From positions 1 to 64,000 of the IMG/VR virus record IMGVR_UViG_3300017917_002795: a stretch of DNA of 64,000 nucleotides; one strand, given 5' to 3'. Shown here in pieces: positions 25,722 to 35,923 of the stretch. The number at the start of each line of letters is the position of its first letter. Positions within the stretch are counted from its first letter, which is position 1. Under the pieces are notes generated by a model. The model searched no databases. It was not told the DNA's origin and was given only the letters and a program-made list of their open reading frames with translations. Both the position numbers and the translations under genes were made by a program. The stretch comes from a virus.

Positions 25722-27646
25722 TACGGTTAAAATACATATTAGAGCAAGCTAAAAATGCAAAACAGTCATCGAAACCAAAAAAACTAAATGTTCTTTTTGT
25801 TGGTGATGCTGATACAACTGCTACATTTAGTTATGCTCGAGATATTTTAAAAACCAGAGAAGTTAACGGCAATATTTCAGCTGCTAACATTTCAATTGAA
25901 CAATTTCCTAGATTATTGCAAACTGCAGATATGAAAAAATATAATGTTATCTGCATTATGTATAGCAATATTAAACCCGGTAAAACTACACGCGAAGAAG
26001 AAGTGTTACAACAAATGTACACAGATGCCAAAGATTCTGGTGCTATGTTGATTGCCATAACGCCGACTACCAAAGAATTTGTCGCTTATGGCCATATCAC
26101 ACACGAAAACAATGAAAGCATTGTGCAATGGGTATTAGAACAAAACATTGCAGACCATGTAATCGATGCATATAAATTAACGCGTAAGAAAAACTTTTTC
26201 AATAAAGATGGATTACTATTAAACGCAGAAGGACATGAACTCATTGCTCGTCAAGTTTTACGAGTATTAAATGAAATTGATTCGGATGTTGACGCTGCGG
26301 CAATTGAACGAGAAAAACAATCGGAGAAAGAAAAATCACGTAAAACGAAACGTAAAGATATTAAAGGTAAAGTTAAAAAAGCCGTTGAATTTAAACGCGG
26401 ATCCAAATCTCCTGATTTAATTGAAATACAACAACGTCTAGTTAAATTAGGATATGAAATAGATCCCGTAGAAATCAAACAAGGTTTATTCGGTGAAACT
26501 ACGGAAACTGCCGTAATGCAATTTCAAACAATAAATGATTTATCGGTAACTAGTAAATTAACAAAAACTGATATTAATGCAATAAAGTCATCTGGTGCTA
26601 AAAGTTATGGTACACTGTCATATATGGCAAAATCATTGGTTAATAAACCAGTTGAATTGCCAAAAGAAGAACCAGATTCTAAAGAACCAGATACACTATC
26701 AACACAATTTATAAGCGGTGAAAAATATGATGCTGAAACTTCAGATGATATTATTACACAAGCAGCTGCAATACTGCGATCTGAAGAAGGTTTTTCTACA
26801 AAACCACATTGGGATGTAAATAACTGGAGAATTGGATACGGTAGTAGCACTATTACAGATGCATCTGGTAAAGTAGTCAAACTATCATCAAATCGATCAG
26901 AACGTCCAGCTATTAAAATCACCCAACAAGATGCTGAACGCGATTTACAACGCAGATTACGAGATGAATTTATACCGCATACCAAAAAAAGTATTGGGAC
27001 TGGTGTTGATAAATTAAACAATGCTACTATTGCTGCATTAACATCAGTAACATATAACTACGGAACTTTGCCATCATCTGTAGTTCAAGCAGCTAGAACT
27101 GGTGATATTGAATCAATTGCCGATGCTGTTAGATCTTTAAGTGCTAATCGTAAAAGAAGAAATCGAGAAGCAGATTGGATCCAAAATAGTAAATCTAGAG
27201 AAGTCTCAAAAACTATAGCTACTGGAAATAATGGTAAACTGTCAGCTGGTGAATTAGTTAGTATTGGTGATGGGTTTAAATTAAATGCAGATGCTGCTGC
27301 TGATTTTCTAGAAATGAAAAAAGCTGCTAATGCTGATGGTGTACAATTTAAAATAACTGATGCATATCGACCATATGAAATTCAAGATGCTATTTTTGAT
27401 TGGGAACGATATAATAGAACCGGAGAAAAAAAGAAAAAAGGAACAAATGTAGCTGCAGCATTACCAGGCACATCCAACCATGGATGGGGTAAGGCAATAG
27501 ATGTTTCTCCAGCAGCTGCTCAGCAATGGATCAAGAAAAACGGATATAAATATAATTGGTCATGGTATGAGGGAAAGTCGCTTAATCCGCCAGAACATTG
27601 GCACTTTACATGGACTACAGATTCATCTAAATTAAAAGAATGGTAG
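25718..27646 (+). CDS. Multidomain cell-wall hydrolase: SGNH-like, PG-binding, GH24 lysozyme, M15B peptidase
   Basis: QQRLVKLGY..G.FGETTETAVMQFQ; EEGF...WD...WRIGYG; DAYR...PGTSNHGWGKAID...EHWH. Confidence 0.85.
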   Translation: MIRLKYILEQAKNAKQSSKPKKLNVLFVGDADTTATFSYARDILKTREVNGNISAANISIEQFPRLLQTADMKKYNVICIMYSNIKPGKTTREEEVLQQMYTDAKDSGAMLIAITPTTKEFVAYGHITHENNESIVQWVLEQNIADHVIDAYKLTRKKNFFNKDGLLLNAEGHELIARQVLRVLNEIDSDVDAAAIEREKQSEKEKSRKTKRKDIKGKVKKAVEFKRGSKSPDLIEIQQRLVKLGYEIDPVEIKQGLFGETTETAVMQFQTINDLSVTSKLTKTDINAIKSSGAKSYGTLSYMAKSLVNKPVELPKEEPDSKEPDTLSTQFISGEKYDAETSDDIITQAAAILRSEEGFSTKPHWDVNNWRIGYGSSTITDASGKVVKLSSNRSERPAIKITQQDAERDLQRRLRDEFIPHTKKSIGTGVDKLNNATIAALTSVTYNYGTLPSSVVQAARTGDIESIADAVRSLSANRKRRNREADWIQNSKSREVSKTIATGNNGKLSAGELVSIGDGFKLNADAAADFLEMKKAANADGVQFKITDAYRPYEIQDAIFDWERYNRTGEKKKKGTNVAAALPGTSNHGWGKAIDVSPAAAQQWIKKNGYKYNWSWYEGKSLNPPEHWHFTWTTDSSKLKEW

Positions 27647-27674
27647 ATATTTATTTTAAAAAACGGATAAAACA

Positions 27675-28118
27675 ATGAATTTTAAAAAACTTATAGCAAC
27701 TAATCCTACTTTTCGTAGAATTGTAACCGAAGAAGCAAAACGATTTGCTAAAATCATTAAAGAATATGAAGAAAAATCTAGTATCAATGAAGATCGAACT
27801 AATTTTCCGTTGTTACGTGGAATTTTAGGTATGGTTTTTGATGAAGAACGTTTTACAAATGCTGCAGATGTTAGAAAAACTTTAAAAACATTAATTAATT
27901 CATCTGGCGATGATGTTGATTCATTACGAATTGCATTATTTAAGTATAATGATGAAAATCCAGATAAAGTTTATGATTTACATAAACAAATAACCAAAGA
28001 TTTAATGTTTAGAAATCCAAATGAATTAACGTTTACAATTCATGATACCAATCCTCGTCAAACAACTGGTGGTGAACCAACACGTCAACGAGGTGGTGGA
28101 TATTGGACTGGCGATTAA
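27675..28118 (+). CDS. Hypothetical late protein
   Basis: Late motif at 27647. Confidence 0.75.
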   Translation: MNFKKLIATNPTFRRIVTEEAKRFAKIIKEYEEKSSINEDRTNFPLLRGILGMVFDEERFTNAADVRKTLKTLINSSGDDVDSLRIALFKYNDENPDKVYDLHKQITKDLMFRNPNELTFTIHDTNPRQTTGGEPTRQRGGGYWTGD

Positions 28119-28370
28119 TTGTTCTTTTAGGGCTTGGTTATGCAAAACTCAAACATGTTTCTTAAAGTTGATGTGTTAGATAAGCAAGGTAATGTGCATG
28201 TTAAGTACATTAATAAAAATCACATCATAACAATACGTCAGTCTGATGAAAATATCATAATCGAAATGACTGATTATGAAGAATTACGAGTTCCAAACCA
28301 AAATATACATGTTTTTATGGACCGTTTTAAGTGAAAACGGTATTTATATTTATATAAAAAGAAGGTTAAT

Positions 28371-28556
28371 ATGACATCACAAGAACTTTTCCAAGAAATG
28401 GAACAACATTGGTTATCGTTTAAAGAAAATCACGAACGTTTTACTGAAAAACAAGTAAAAGCAGCTGGAGTTAGAGCTCGAAAATCTATCAATGAACTTA
28501 AAAAACTTGCAAGTAAGTATAGATCGACCCAATTAGCTGAATCGAAAAATGCGTAA
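28371..28556 (+). CDS. Histone H1-like Hc1 family protein
   Basis: KAAGVRARKSINELKKL motif. Confidence 0.8.
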   Translation: MTSQELFQEMEQHWLSFKENHERFTEKQVKAAGVRARKSINELKKLASKYRSTQLAESKNA

Positions 28557-29109
28557 ACCTATCAATGAACATATCATCGTAACGACATTGCATCAGATGG
28601 TGTATGAACAAGCAGAAGCTGGTAAAATCAGCACTGATAATGCACCATCATCTGATCCTGAGTCTGCATTTACACCAGCTGAAAAAAGATTTTTGGGTAA
28701 ATTTGATGCGTATGGTTCTAATCATTTAGGTATCATATATTCTATTTCAGATGCTGGCATTCGAGAATTCATAGCAAGAAGCGGTAAAGACTTCAATTGC
28801 ACTCCAGACATCCTATTAGGACTTCTTAGAGACAAAATTATTAAGATTGTTCCTTATACCGGATTTGGTCGTAACAGTGATTACACAATCGAATTGCAAT
28901 TATCATTAGATGATGTTAAAGGTTTTGGTGCAGAAGATAAGGAAAAAGCTGAAAAAGGTGCCGAGGGGGGAGGGGGCGGAATGCCAGCTCCTGAAGCTCC
29001 ACCACCACCGCCTGGTCCTGAAAATGCTGGAGTTGTAAAAACTGGTACGGTACTAAAAGAATCTAAAGATATTTTAAGATCTGCTTTAAAGAAGTTATTA
29101 TCTAAATAA
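28549..29109 (+). CDS. Hypothetical protein with Gly/Pro-rich linker
   Basis: 186-aa ORF. Confidence 0.75.
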   Translation: MRKPINEHIIVTTLHQMVYEQAEAGKISTDNAPSSDPESAFTPAEKRFLGKFDAYGSNHLGIIYSISDAGIREFIARSGKDFNCTPDILLGLLRDKIIKIVPYTGFGRNSDYTIELQLSLDDVKGFGAEDKEKAEKGAEGGGGGMPAPEAPPPPPGPENAGVVKTGTVLKESKDILRSALKKLLSK

Positions 29110-29175
29110 TAATTTTGATCTTTAAAATAATTTTCTTATATTATTGATAAGAATTATTAATTTAAAAAACAAAAA

Positions 29176-29385
29176 ATGAGTTATTACACAGCAAAAGTTC
29201 AATTGATTGAATCAGTTGATACGCCAAAAGGCACAAAAGAAAAGCGCGTTACTGAAACGTATTTAGTAGAAGCATTATCTGTAACAGAAGCTGAAGCTAA
29301 GGTTATTGAAGATTTCAAAGGTTATAATTTTGATTTTGAAGTGAAATCAGTATCAGCAAATAAAATCATTAAAATTATCGAATAA
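29176..29385 (+). CDS. DUF4494-like protein
   Basis: KRVTETYLVEALSVTEAEAKV motif. Confidence 0.75.
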   Translation: MSYYTAKVQLIESVDTPKGTKEKRVTETYLVEALSVTEAEAKVIEDFKGYNFDFEVKSVSANKIIKIIE

Positions 29386-29657
29386 TGTCAATTCAAATAG
29401 GCGAAACAGTAATTGTAACTCAACAAGGAGTTAATCGTGTCGGTGTTGTTTTAGATAAATTCATTGCAAGTAAACGCACAGTATATGACGTTTTATTAGA
29501 AAATCGAACAGCCGTATGTATGATTGGTTCTACTCGTGCAGAAACATATGTTAATACTACACTAACAGATATGCTTTGCAAAACAGAACAAATTGAAACC
29601 ACAATTCCATATAAAGAATTATTGAATAATGATTTGTTACCTATAACTAAATCATAA
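29385..29657 (+). CDS. Hypothetical protein
   Basis: Operon packing. Confidence 0.7.
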   Translation: MSIQIGETVIVTQQGVNRVGVVLDKFIASKRTVYDVLLENRTAVCMIGSTRAETYVNTTLTDMLCKTEQIETTIPYKELLNNDLLPITKS

Positions 29658-29659
29658 TC

Positions 29660-30319
29660 ATGGAAAATTCAATAACACAAGAAATTCTAAAAAATTTAGA
29701 AAATACCGAAGATCAGTATAAAATATGGGATAAATTAACCGTAGAAGATCCTGATTACTTGATGCACAGTCCAATTCCGGTTGGATATAACACCACAGCA
29801 GAACAACGTTACCTAATGCAAAACGTATTAGTTGGATATAGCGGCGGATCATTGTTAGATATTGGGTGTGGTAGATGTGATTTATATGCCGTAGCACGCG
29901 ATTTGGCTGCGGCTAACAATGACATTGTAGCGTATAATGCCATAGATCATAATCCCGTAATGACGCAGTTAGGCGAAGTTAAATGGGGCTTAACGGATAT
30001 TCAAACGGGTGCATTTGAAACCGCTAAATTAGAACCACATGAATGGGTGGTTGCCAATGGTGTATTTACCCAACGACGATGTGAAACTGAAGATGCTGAT
30101 TTAACTAAACTATTTGAGGATGTTGACATTTTGTATAATGTGGCACAATCAGTAGTATCATTTAATCTTCTTAATCCAATTAACAATACCATCCATGAAG
30201 GATTCTTTTATGTGCATCCTGGTTTAATCATGGATATGTTGATTGAAAAATATCGTTTTGTAACGGTCCGAAACAATTATTCACCAGATGTATACACAGT
30301 AACAATTTATAAATTTTAA
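29660..30319 (+). CDS. Class I SAM-dependent methyltransferase
   Basis: SLLDIGCG motif I; YNAID; WVVANGVF. Confidence 0.85.
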   Translation: MENSITQEILKNLENTEDQYKIWDKLTVEDPDYLMHSPIPVGYNTTAEQRYLMQNVLVGYSGGSLLDIGCGRCDLYAVARDLAAANNDIVAYNAIDHNPVMTQLGEVKWGLTDIQTGAFETAKLEPHEWVVANGVFTQRRCETEDADLTKLFEDVDILYNVAQSVVSFNLLNPINNTIHEGFFYVHPGLIMDMLIEKYRFVTVRNNYSPDVYTVTIYKF

Positions 30320-30324
30320 ATATT

Positions 30325-30714
30325 ATGACAATAAGCAGCGTTAATCAGCCATGGGCTATTTCAGACAAAATCCGCAATCGATATGGAAATACTTGGGCGG
30401 ATATTGATTTTATATTCAATGAAAAAATTTCAGAAGAAGTTTTTCGTGAAGATCCAATGATGACTCAAATTGGTGTATTAGAAGTAGCAGGAGCTAAAAT
30501 TAAATTTCGATACAAAGATTTAATTTCATATTCTAAATCAATTGCAGAACAATCTTCAACGTATTCTAGATTTGGCAATGAAACAGCATTTCCGGTGGAA
30601 ATTAAAACATTTACTGTTAATTTAACACCACATGAAATAACCAGAGTTTCGGAAACTTTATCTGATGCGTTGATCACAACGACTAGAGCATACGAATTAG
30701 GTTTATATTTATAA
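30325..30714 (+). CDS. Hypothetical protein
   Basis: Operon packing. Confidence 0.75.
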   Translation: MTISSVNQPWAISDKIRNRYGNTWADIDFIFNEKISEEVFREDPMMTQIGVLEVAGAKIKFRYKDLISYSKSIAEQSSTYSRFGNETAFPVEIKTFTVNLTPHEITRVSETLSDALITTTRAYELGLYL

Positions 30715-30725
30715 AATAAAATAAC

Positions 30726-30920
30726 ATGAATACATATTCATATTCATATCAAATTGATAGTAAACGTGAGCCAATTGGCCGAGTTCATGCACAGAGCTTA
30801 GATGAAGCAAGACAACAAATAGCAGTTATTAAACAGTTACAACTAGAACAATGTGACGTGTTATTTGCAATTAAACAGGAGGAAAAGCCATGCAAACAGA
30901 TTTTACACAGATATTCATAA
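30726..30920 (+). CDS. Hypothetical protein
   Basis: Operon packing. Confidence 0.65.
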   Translation: MNTYSYSYQIDSKREPIGRVHAQSLDEARQQIAVIKQLQLEQCDVLFAIKQEEKPCKQILHRYS

Positions 30921-31345
30921 GTAAAGAAGAATTTAATTTTTTTCTAACATTGAATACACAGGACCGGATTGATTATTTATTTGGTTTATTTCATTCATAT
31001 GAAGCTGGAACTAATTTAGATTTATCTGATTTCTTTAAATCAGTTGCAGCTTCTTTAGAGGAAAAACAAGATTTGGATATAGAAGATGAATTTATAGAAT
31101 TAACGGATAAACGTGATTCAAATTCTAAATTACATCAAGTTGCTGTTATGATTGATGAAGAAAACATAATGATCGAAGCTAACAGTCTACGTGCAATTCG
31201 AGTAGTTATGAACAATTTCATGCAATCTGGTTATATATTGCAACGGGATAAACAAACAGAAAAAATGTTTTCTAAAGATAAGGTTACAAAATATATCCGC
31301 GTATTCAACATCATAGATCAAATTACCGGTATATGTTTTAATTAA
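30890..31345 (+). CDS. Hypothetical protein
   Basis: 151-aa ORF. Confidence 0.75.
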   Translation: MQTDFTQIFISKEEFNFFLTLNTQDRIDYLFGLFHSYEAGTNLDLSDFFKSVAASLEEKQDLDIEDEFIELTDKRDSNSKLHQVAVMIDEENIMIEANSLRAIRVVMNNFMQSGYILQRDKQTEKMFSKDKVTKYIRVFNIIDQITGICFN

Positions 31346-31351
31346 ACGGAT

Positions 31352-31918
31352 ATGGCAAAGAAACCTCAAGCACCAGAAAACATAGAAAAACAATTTAACA
31401 AGGCTCTCTTTAAAACCGGAGAGCCTGTTTATTTTACTTGGTTAGGTAGTAAAAAATACGGACATGTTACAAATCATAAACAAACTAATTGGGGCATTCA
31501 ATACACAGTTACATCGAATAATACACGTTATCCGTGTGGCATTCAAATCAAAGAATATGGAACCCAATACACCACCGGATGCATCTTCTTCGAAGAAACC
31601 CGAACTATTGGTGCAACGGAACTCAACCGACGAATTGCAGCAGGTGAACAGCCCAGAATCAATCTCCAAATTTATGAAAAGCCCGAAAGGCCAACGCCTC
31701 CGAGCAGAAATGATGATTCGAACAAGCGAAAGTCTAATAGAACAACTAGTGCTAAAAACAACGCAAATTCCTCCAGAACAAACAGCTTGGAAAATGGTAA
31801 TGAGTCTGGCTCTACACGAATGCACTCAAACAATTCAAAAAAACGAAAAGACCCTAAACTCGATGACGCAATCCAACGTCAACGAGACTTTTTAAATGGA
31901 TTTGTGAAACGAGATTAA
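31352..31918 (+). CDS. Hypothetical protein with disordered basic C-terminus
   Basis: 188-aa ORF. Confidence 0.75.
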   Translation: MAKKPQAPENIEKQFNKALFKTGEPVYFTWLGSKKYGHVTNHKQTNWGIQYTVTSNNTRYPCGIQIKEYGTQYTTGCIFFEETRTIGATELNRRIAAGEQPRINLQIYEKPERPTPPSRNDDSNKRKSNRTTSAKNNANSSRTNSLENGNESGSTRMHSNNSKKRKDPKLDDAIQRQRDFLNGFVKRD

Positions 31919-32017
31919 ACTTTTTCAAAACTTTTTTTGATTTTGGTTGGATCGTACTAATATATTTCTTATATTTATAGTATAATTAATTAGTTAACCA
32001 TTTAAAAAATTAAAGTT

Positions 32018-32251
32018 ATGAAAAAGTTGTTGTTTATTACAAATGTAGTTGTTATTAATACATTATTGTTGTCGGTATGTTTATGTACTATTAATCCATT
32101 TAATTTATCAGTTACTGAAATTATTAATAATGGTATTGAATGGCTGTTTTCGCCTAATCCGATTTATAATATTATTATGATTCTAAGTTTTATTAGTTTG
32201 ATCATTTTTAATATTAATCTAATTGTAGATAAAGTAAAATTTAATAAATAA
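32018..32251 (+). CDS. Small membrane protein
   Basis: Two transmembrane helices; duplicated promoter. Confidence 0.65.
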   Translation: MKKLLFITNVVVINTLLLSVCLCTINPFNLSVTEIINNGIEWLFSPNPIYNIIMILSFISLIIFNINLIVDKVKFNK

Positions 32252-32252
32252 G

Positions 32253-32288
32253 ATGGAAAATGGGGGTACATAACCCCCCATTTTCATT
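32253..32288. terminator. Hairpin terminator between convergent genes
   Basis: GAAAATGGGGGT-ACATA-ACCCCCATTTTC. Confidence 0.75.
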
Positions 32289-32304
32289 AATTTATTTTAG
32301 TATT

Positions 32305-32781
32305 TTAAATTCCACCAGCACCTAGAATACCAGAGTCCGACCATTCTTCGTTTGAGTTAAATTGCTTTAAATGCCTTTCGATACCACCGGTGATTTTTTC
32401 ATTTTTTGGATCAAATAATGATCGGAATGAATTTGGTTTCGTTTCTTCCATATCAGTACTTAACCACGCGAGTATAGTTTTATATTTCATTTTATTAACT
32501 AATGCTAATACTTGATCGTATATTTGTTTATTTTTAATACCTCGTACGACTGCGTTATAAACTGACATATTATCGGTACCTAAACCAGCCATGGCAGTTT
32601 TTATTTGCTGAATAATTGCATTAGGATTTAATTGTTCCAATAATGCTTTACGTACTTCTAAATACAAACCATGTTGTTCAATAGTTTCCATAATTGAGTT
32701 AACAACTAATTCTTTCTGTGCAGCTTCTGACAAATTTTTAGTTCCAAAACGCATCATGTTTTCTGCTAATGTGTTTTTCAT
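32305..32781 (-). CDS. Late protein with MKNTLAEN leader; annexin-repeat-like segment
   Basis: IKTAMAGLGTD resembles the annexin GxGTD motif; late motif on - strand at 32813-32820. Confidence 0.75.
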   Translation of the reverse strand: MKNTLAENMMRFGTKNLSEAAQKELVVNSIMETIEQHGLYLEVRKALLEQLNPNAIIQQIKTAMAGLGTDNMSVYNAVVRGIKNKQIYDQVLALVNKMKYKTILAWLSTDMEETKPNSFRSLFDPKNEKITGGIERHLKQFNSNEEWSDSGILGAGGI

Positions 32782-32915
32782 ATTTTTTTCCTTTGTGGTT
32801 ACTTTCTTTGATATAAATATAGTAATAATGAAAAAACATTTTATTTGGATATATGAAAATATTTTCTTATATTTATAGTATAATTAATTAGTTAACCATT
32901 TAAAAATAAGAGATC

Positions 32916-33536
32916 ATGAAAAAGTTAGCATTTATTTTTGTTTTATATACAAATACATTATTTTCACAAAATATAGTAACTGATTATTATAAAGAAATTG
33001 CAGCCCACTCTGAGTATGCAAGTGATGGTATTACTTCATTTACTCCACGTACATGGAAAACAGATATAAAAATATTTGTTAAAGGTAATAAAGATTCTGT
33101 AGCCTATTCAGAATTGATTAAAGTTATCAATGAATTAAATGAATTAATTAATACCATTGAAATTAAAATTGTAGATACAGAACCAGAAGCTAACTTAATT
33201 GTTTTCTTCGGTTGGTTTATAGATTATGAAAAAATTGATCCAAATGTTGCACCGTATACAGCAGAAAATTATGGTTTAGCTGCTATATATCACGGTGAAA
33301 ATAATAATTGGATCCGCGGGTCATTTTATGTTGATGTTGTAAGGTGTGAATGGTTACCAAAAGATCGAGCTGAATTATTAAAACGTCATGCTGTACGTGA
33401 AGAACTTACGCAATCATTAGGTTTAATGAATGATTCAATGAAGTATCCTGATAGTATTTTTTATCAAGAATGGTCATTAGTAACTGAATATTCAGATTTG
33501 GATAAACAAATTATAAAAATGCATTACGCATATTAA
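32916..33536 (+). CDS. DUF2927-like exported protein
   Basis: Signal peptide; REELTQSLGLMNDS...SIF. Confidence 0.8.
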   Translation: MKKLAFIFVLYTNTLFSQNIVTDYYKEIAAHSEYASDGITSFTPRTWKTDIKIFVKGNKDSVAYSELIKVINELNELINTIEIKIVDTEPEANLIVFFGWFIDYEKIDPNVAPYTAENYGLAAIYHGENNNWIRGSFYVDVVRCEWLPKDRAELLKRHAVREELTQSLGLMNDSMKYPDSIFYQEWSLVTEYSDLDKQIIKMHYAY

Positions 33537-33540
33537 TAAT

Positions 33541-34383
33541 TTATTTTATTTTATTAACATTAACCATCTCACCATAATGCCATGTTAGAACTTCGATATA
33601 ATCTGCATATCCCTTATATTCTGGACAATATCCATCCCCTAATCTTATTCGAATATAATCAACTCCAGCTTTTAATTTTGAACCATTTATATGAAGACTT
33701 TTTGGAATAACCGTTGGATCATCAAATGCTGCTAAAGCTTGATCTGCCCCAGCCCCAGCACCTCTTGCAACAAACAAATCTGATTGCTGTTCTATAGTAC
33801 GATCAGCTGATTCAGATGCTGTACCGTCACTTTGTATAAATGGTTTATTTGGATCTCCAGAATAGTTTGTGGTAACTGGCCGGTTAAATAAATATAAGTA
33901 TGTTGTACCAGATTTTAAATCTGCGTTGTTAGTTACACTACCATAATGTCCAACATAACAAGCTCTTGTCATAAATGAACCTACAATAATCTTATCTGTA
34001 TTATTATTTTCTAACTCTAGAAATCCGTAACCACCAGCACCAGCAACAGCTCCAGATTTAGGATCCCATAATACAAGTTTTTTTGCAAAAACTAAAATAG
34101 TTTTTCCAATTATTTTATTAAGATTGCCCTGATAACCTCCTATATATTCGATCATTGTTTTCCATAATCCATCAGACTTTAAAAACGATCGATTTGGATC
34201 AGATTTCGAAGGAGTAATTGAGATTCCAGGAACGGTCATTAATGATTTTGCATGAGTTCCGGTAATATTAGACTTACCAGAATCAGTTGGTTCTGTTGCC
34301 TGTTCTGCTAATTTAGATCGATCAGTTTCAGAAAGATTTTTTACGCCAAATCTAAGTAAATTTTCTGCTAATGTGTTTTTCAT
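33541..34383 (-). CDS. Late protein with MKNTLAEN leader
   Basis: Start set by 48-bp identity with the 32781 gene start; late motif at 34411-34418. Confidence 0.75.
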   Translation of the reverse strand: MKNTLAENLLRFGVKNLSETDRSKLAEQATEPTDSGKSNITGTHAKSLMTVPGISITPSKSDPNRSFLKSDGLWKTMIEYIGGYQGNLNKIIGKTILVFAKKLVLWDPKSGAVAGAGGYGFLELENNNTDKIIVGSFMTRACYVGHYGSVTNNADLKSGTTYLYLFNRPVTTNYSGDPNKPFIQSDGTASESADRTIEQQSDLFVARGAGAGADQALAAFDDPTVIPKSLHINGSKLKAGVDYIRIRLGDGYCPEYKGYADYIEVLTWHYGEMVNVNKIK

Positions 34384-34498
34384 ATTTTTTTCCTTTGTGG
34401 TTACTTTCATATAAATATACGAATAAAAAAAAATACCAGTTATTTGGATTTGTGAAAATGTTTATATAATATATAGTATAATCCATTAAATTTATTAT

Positions 34499-35530
34499 AT
34501 GATTCGTCTAGGTTACTGCTGCATTAATATGCAACTTTCATCTCAAGGCATCCGCACCGGTCGCACAATGATTGATCGCAAGTTCCGTCTTGGCGGTTTA
34601 CAATTAGCTTCTGACATTGCACTTGCCAATGCTAAAGATTTATTGACTATTCTGCAATGGAATGAATCGCAAGGTATTCGTCTATTTCGTATTGGTTCAG
34701 AATTATTTCCTCGTTGGAATCATTATGAGTTAGCAGATTTGCCAGGTATCGCGGAGATCACACATCATCTTCGCATAGCAGGTGATTATGCTCGTGCTCA
34801 TAATCATCGTCTTACGACACACCCTGGTCCGTTTCATATCTTAGGTAGTCCTGATGATGTGGTTGTTGACAATAGCATCATTGGCCTCGAGCGTCATAGC
34901 GAAATGTTTGACCTTATGGGTTATGCTCCTAGCTTTGACAATCTTATCAATATTCATATTGGTGCTACTTACGGCGATAAGCCTGGTACGGTTGCTCGTT
35001 GGTTGTTTAACTACGCACGTTTATCAGCGTCCTGCCGTGCACGGTTAGTTGTTGAGAATGATGATAAGGCTTCCATGTATTCCGTGCGTGAATTATATGA
35101 GATGGTGCATTCTGTTACGCGTATTCCTATTACATTTGACTATTGGCATCATACATTCAATACAGGTGACATCAGCGAGCAAGAAGCTTTCTTCATGGCA
35201 CGTGACACGTGGGCTATTCATGGTGCTACGCAATGCACTCATTACTCCGAGTCGCGACGTCGTGAGCAGCAACTTCTCATTGAGCGTATGTTTGCACATC
35301 ATGGCATTTCTTTAGAAACTATTGCACAATGGCCAACATTTCACAAACAATACAAAGAATTTACTAAGATCAAGGAGCAAGCTCATGCTGATTTTATCAC
35401 ACAGCTTCCGAATACATATGGTGTTGATGCATTAGATGTTGAGGTTGAGGCTAAGGCTAAAGAGCAATCATTGTTACAACTAAATGTAACATGTTGCCAA
35501 GAACAAAAAACTGCATTGATTTTAGATTAA
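34499..35530 (+). CDS. uvsE: UV damage endonuclease
   Basis: RLGYCCIN, IRLFRIGSELFP, RLTTHPG, NIHIG, LVVENDDK, FDYWHH, EVEAKAKE. Confidence 0.93.
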   Translation: MIRLGYCCINMQLSSQGIRTGRTMIDRKFRLGGLQLASDIALANAKDLLTILQWNESQGIRLFRIGSELFPRWNHYELADLPGIAEITHHLRIAGDYARAHNHRLTTHPGPFHILGSPDDVVVDNSIIGLERHSEMFDLMGYAPSFDNLINIHIGATYGDKPGTVARWLFNYARLSASCRARLVVENDDKASMYSVRELYEMVHSVTRIPITFDYWHHTFNTGDISEQEAFFMARDTWAIHGATQCTHYSESRRREQQLLIERMFAHHGISLETIAQWPTFHKQYKEFTKIKEQAHADFITQLPNTYGVDALDVEVEAKAKEQSLLQLNVTCCQEQKTALILD

Positions 35531-35566
35531 CCATATTTATTATAAATTTAAAAAAAAAGGATAGTT

Positions 35567-35746
35567 ATGGCTCATTACCGTTACAAAGCACAAATTACTG
35601 ATGATATTGAAGATGCAAGAGAGATTATCAGAAACACCGGACTTATGCTGCAAGAAGGCAAAATAGATAAAGCATCTGCATTGCATAATTTAGCAACCGC
35701 TCTTAAGAAATTAGATTCTGCACGTTATTTTATCGATAGAGAATGA
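35567..35746 (+). CDS. Small hypothetical protein (59 aa)
   Basis: Read by hand; late motif at 35533. Confidence 0.65.
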   Translation: MAHYRYKAQITDDIEDAREIIRNTGLMLQEGKIDKASALHNLATALKKLDSARYFIDRE

Positions 35747-35907
35747 GAAACACAAAATCAACAAAACCACCTAAAGGTTACAAAAAACTGCAATGTAAAT
35801 ATTGTGATGAAATTTGTCAACGAGTAGATGAAAAGGCAACTGCAATAACATGTTCAAAATGTGTTACAAAGCTTGTTGCAGGATTTGTATTGGAAATACG
35901 AAAATAA
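35743..35907 (+). CDS. Small zinc-ribbon protein (CKYC...CSKC)
   Basis: Read by hand; ATGA overlap. Confidence 0.65.
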   Translation: MRNTKSTKPPKGYKKLQCKYCDEICQRVDEKATAITCSKCVTKLVAGFVLEIRK

Positions 35908-35923
35908 TTCATTATAATAAGTT

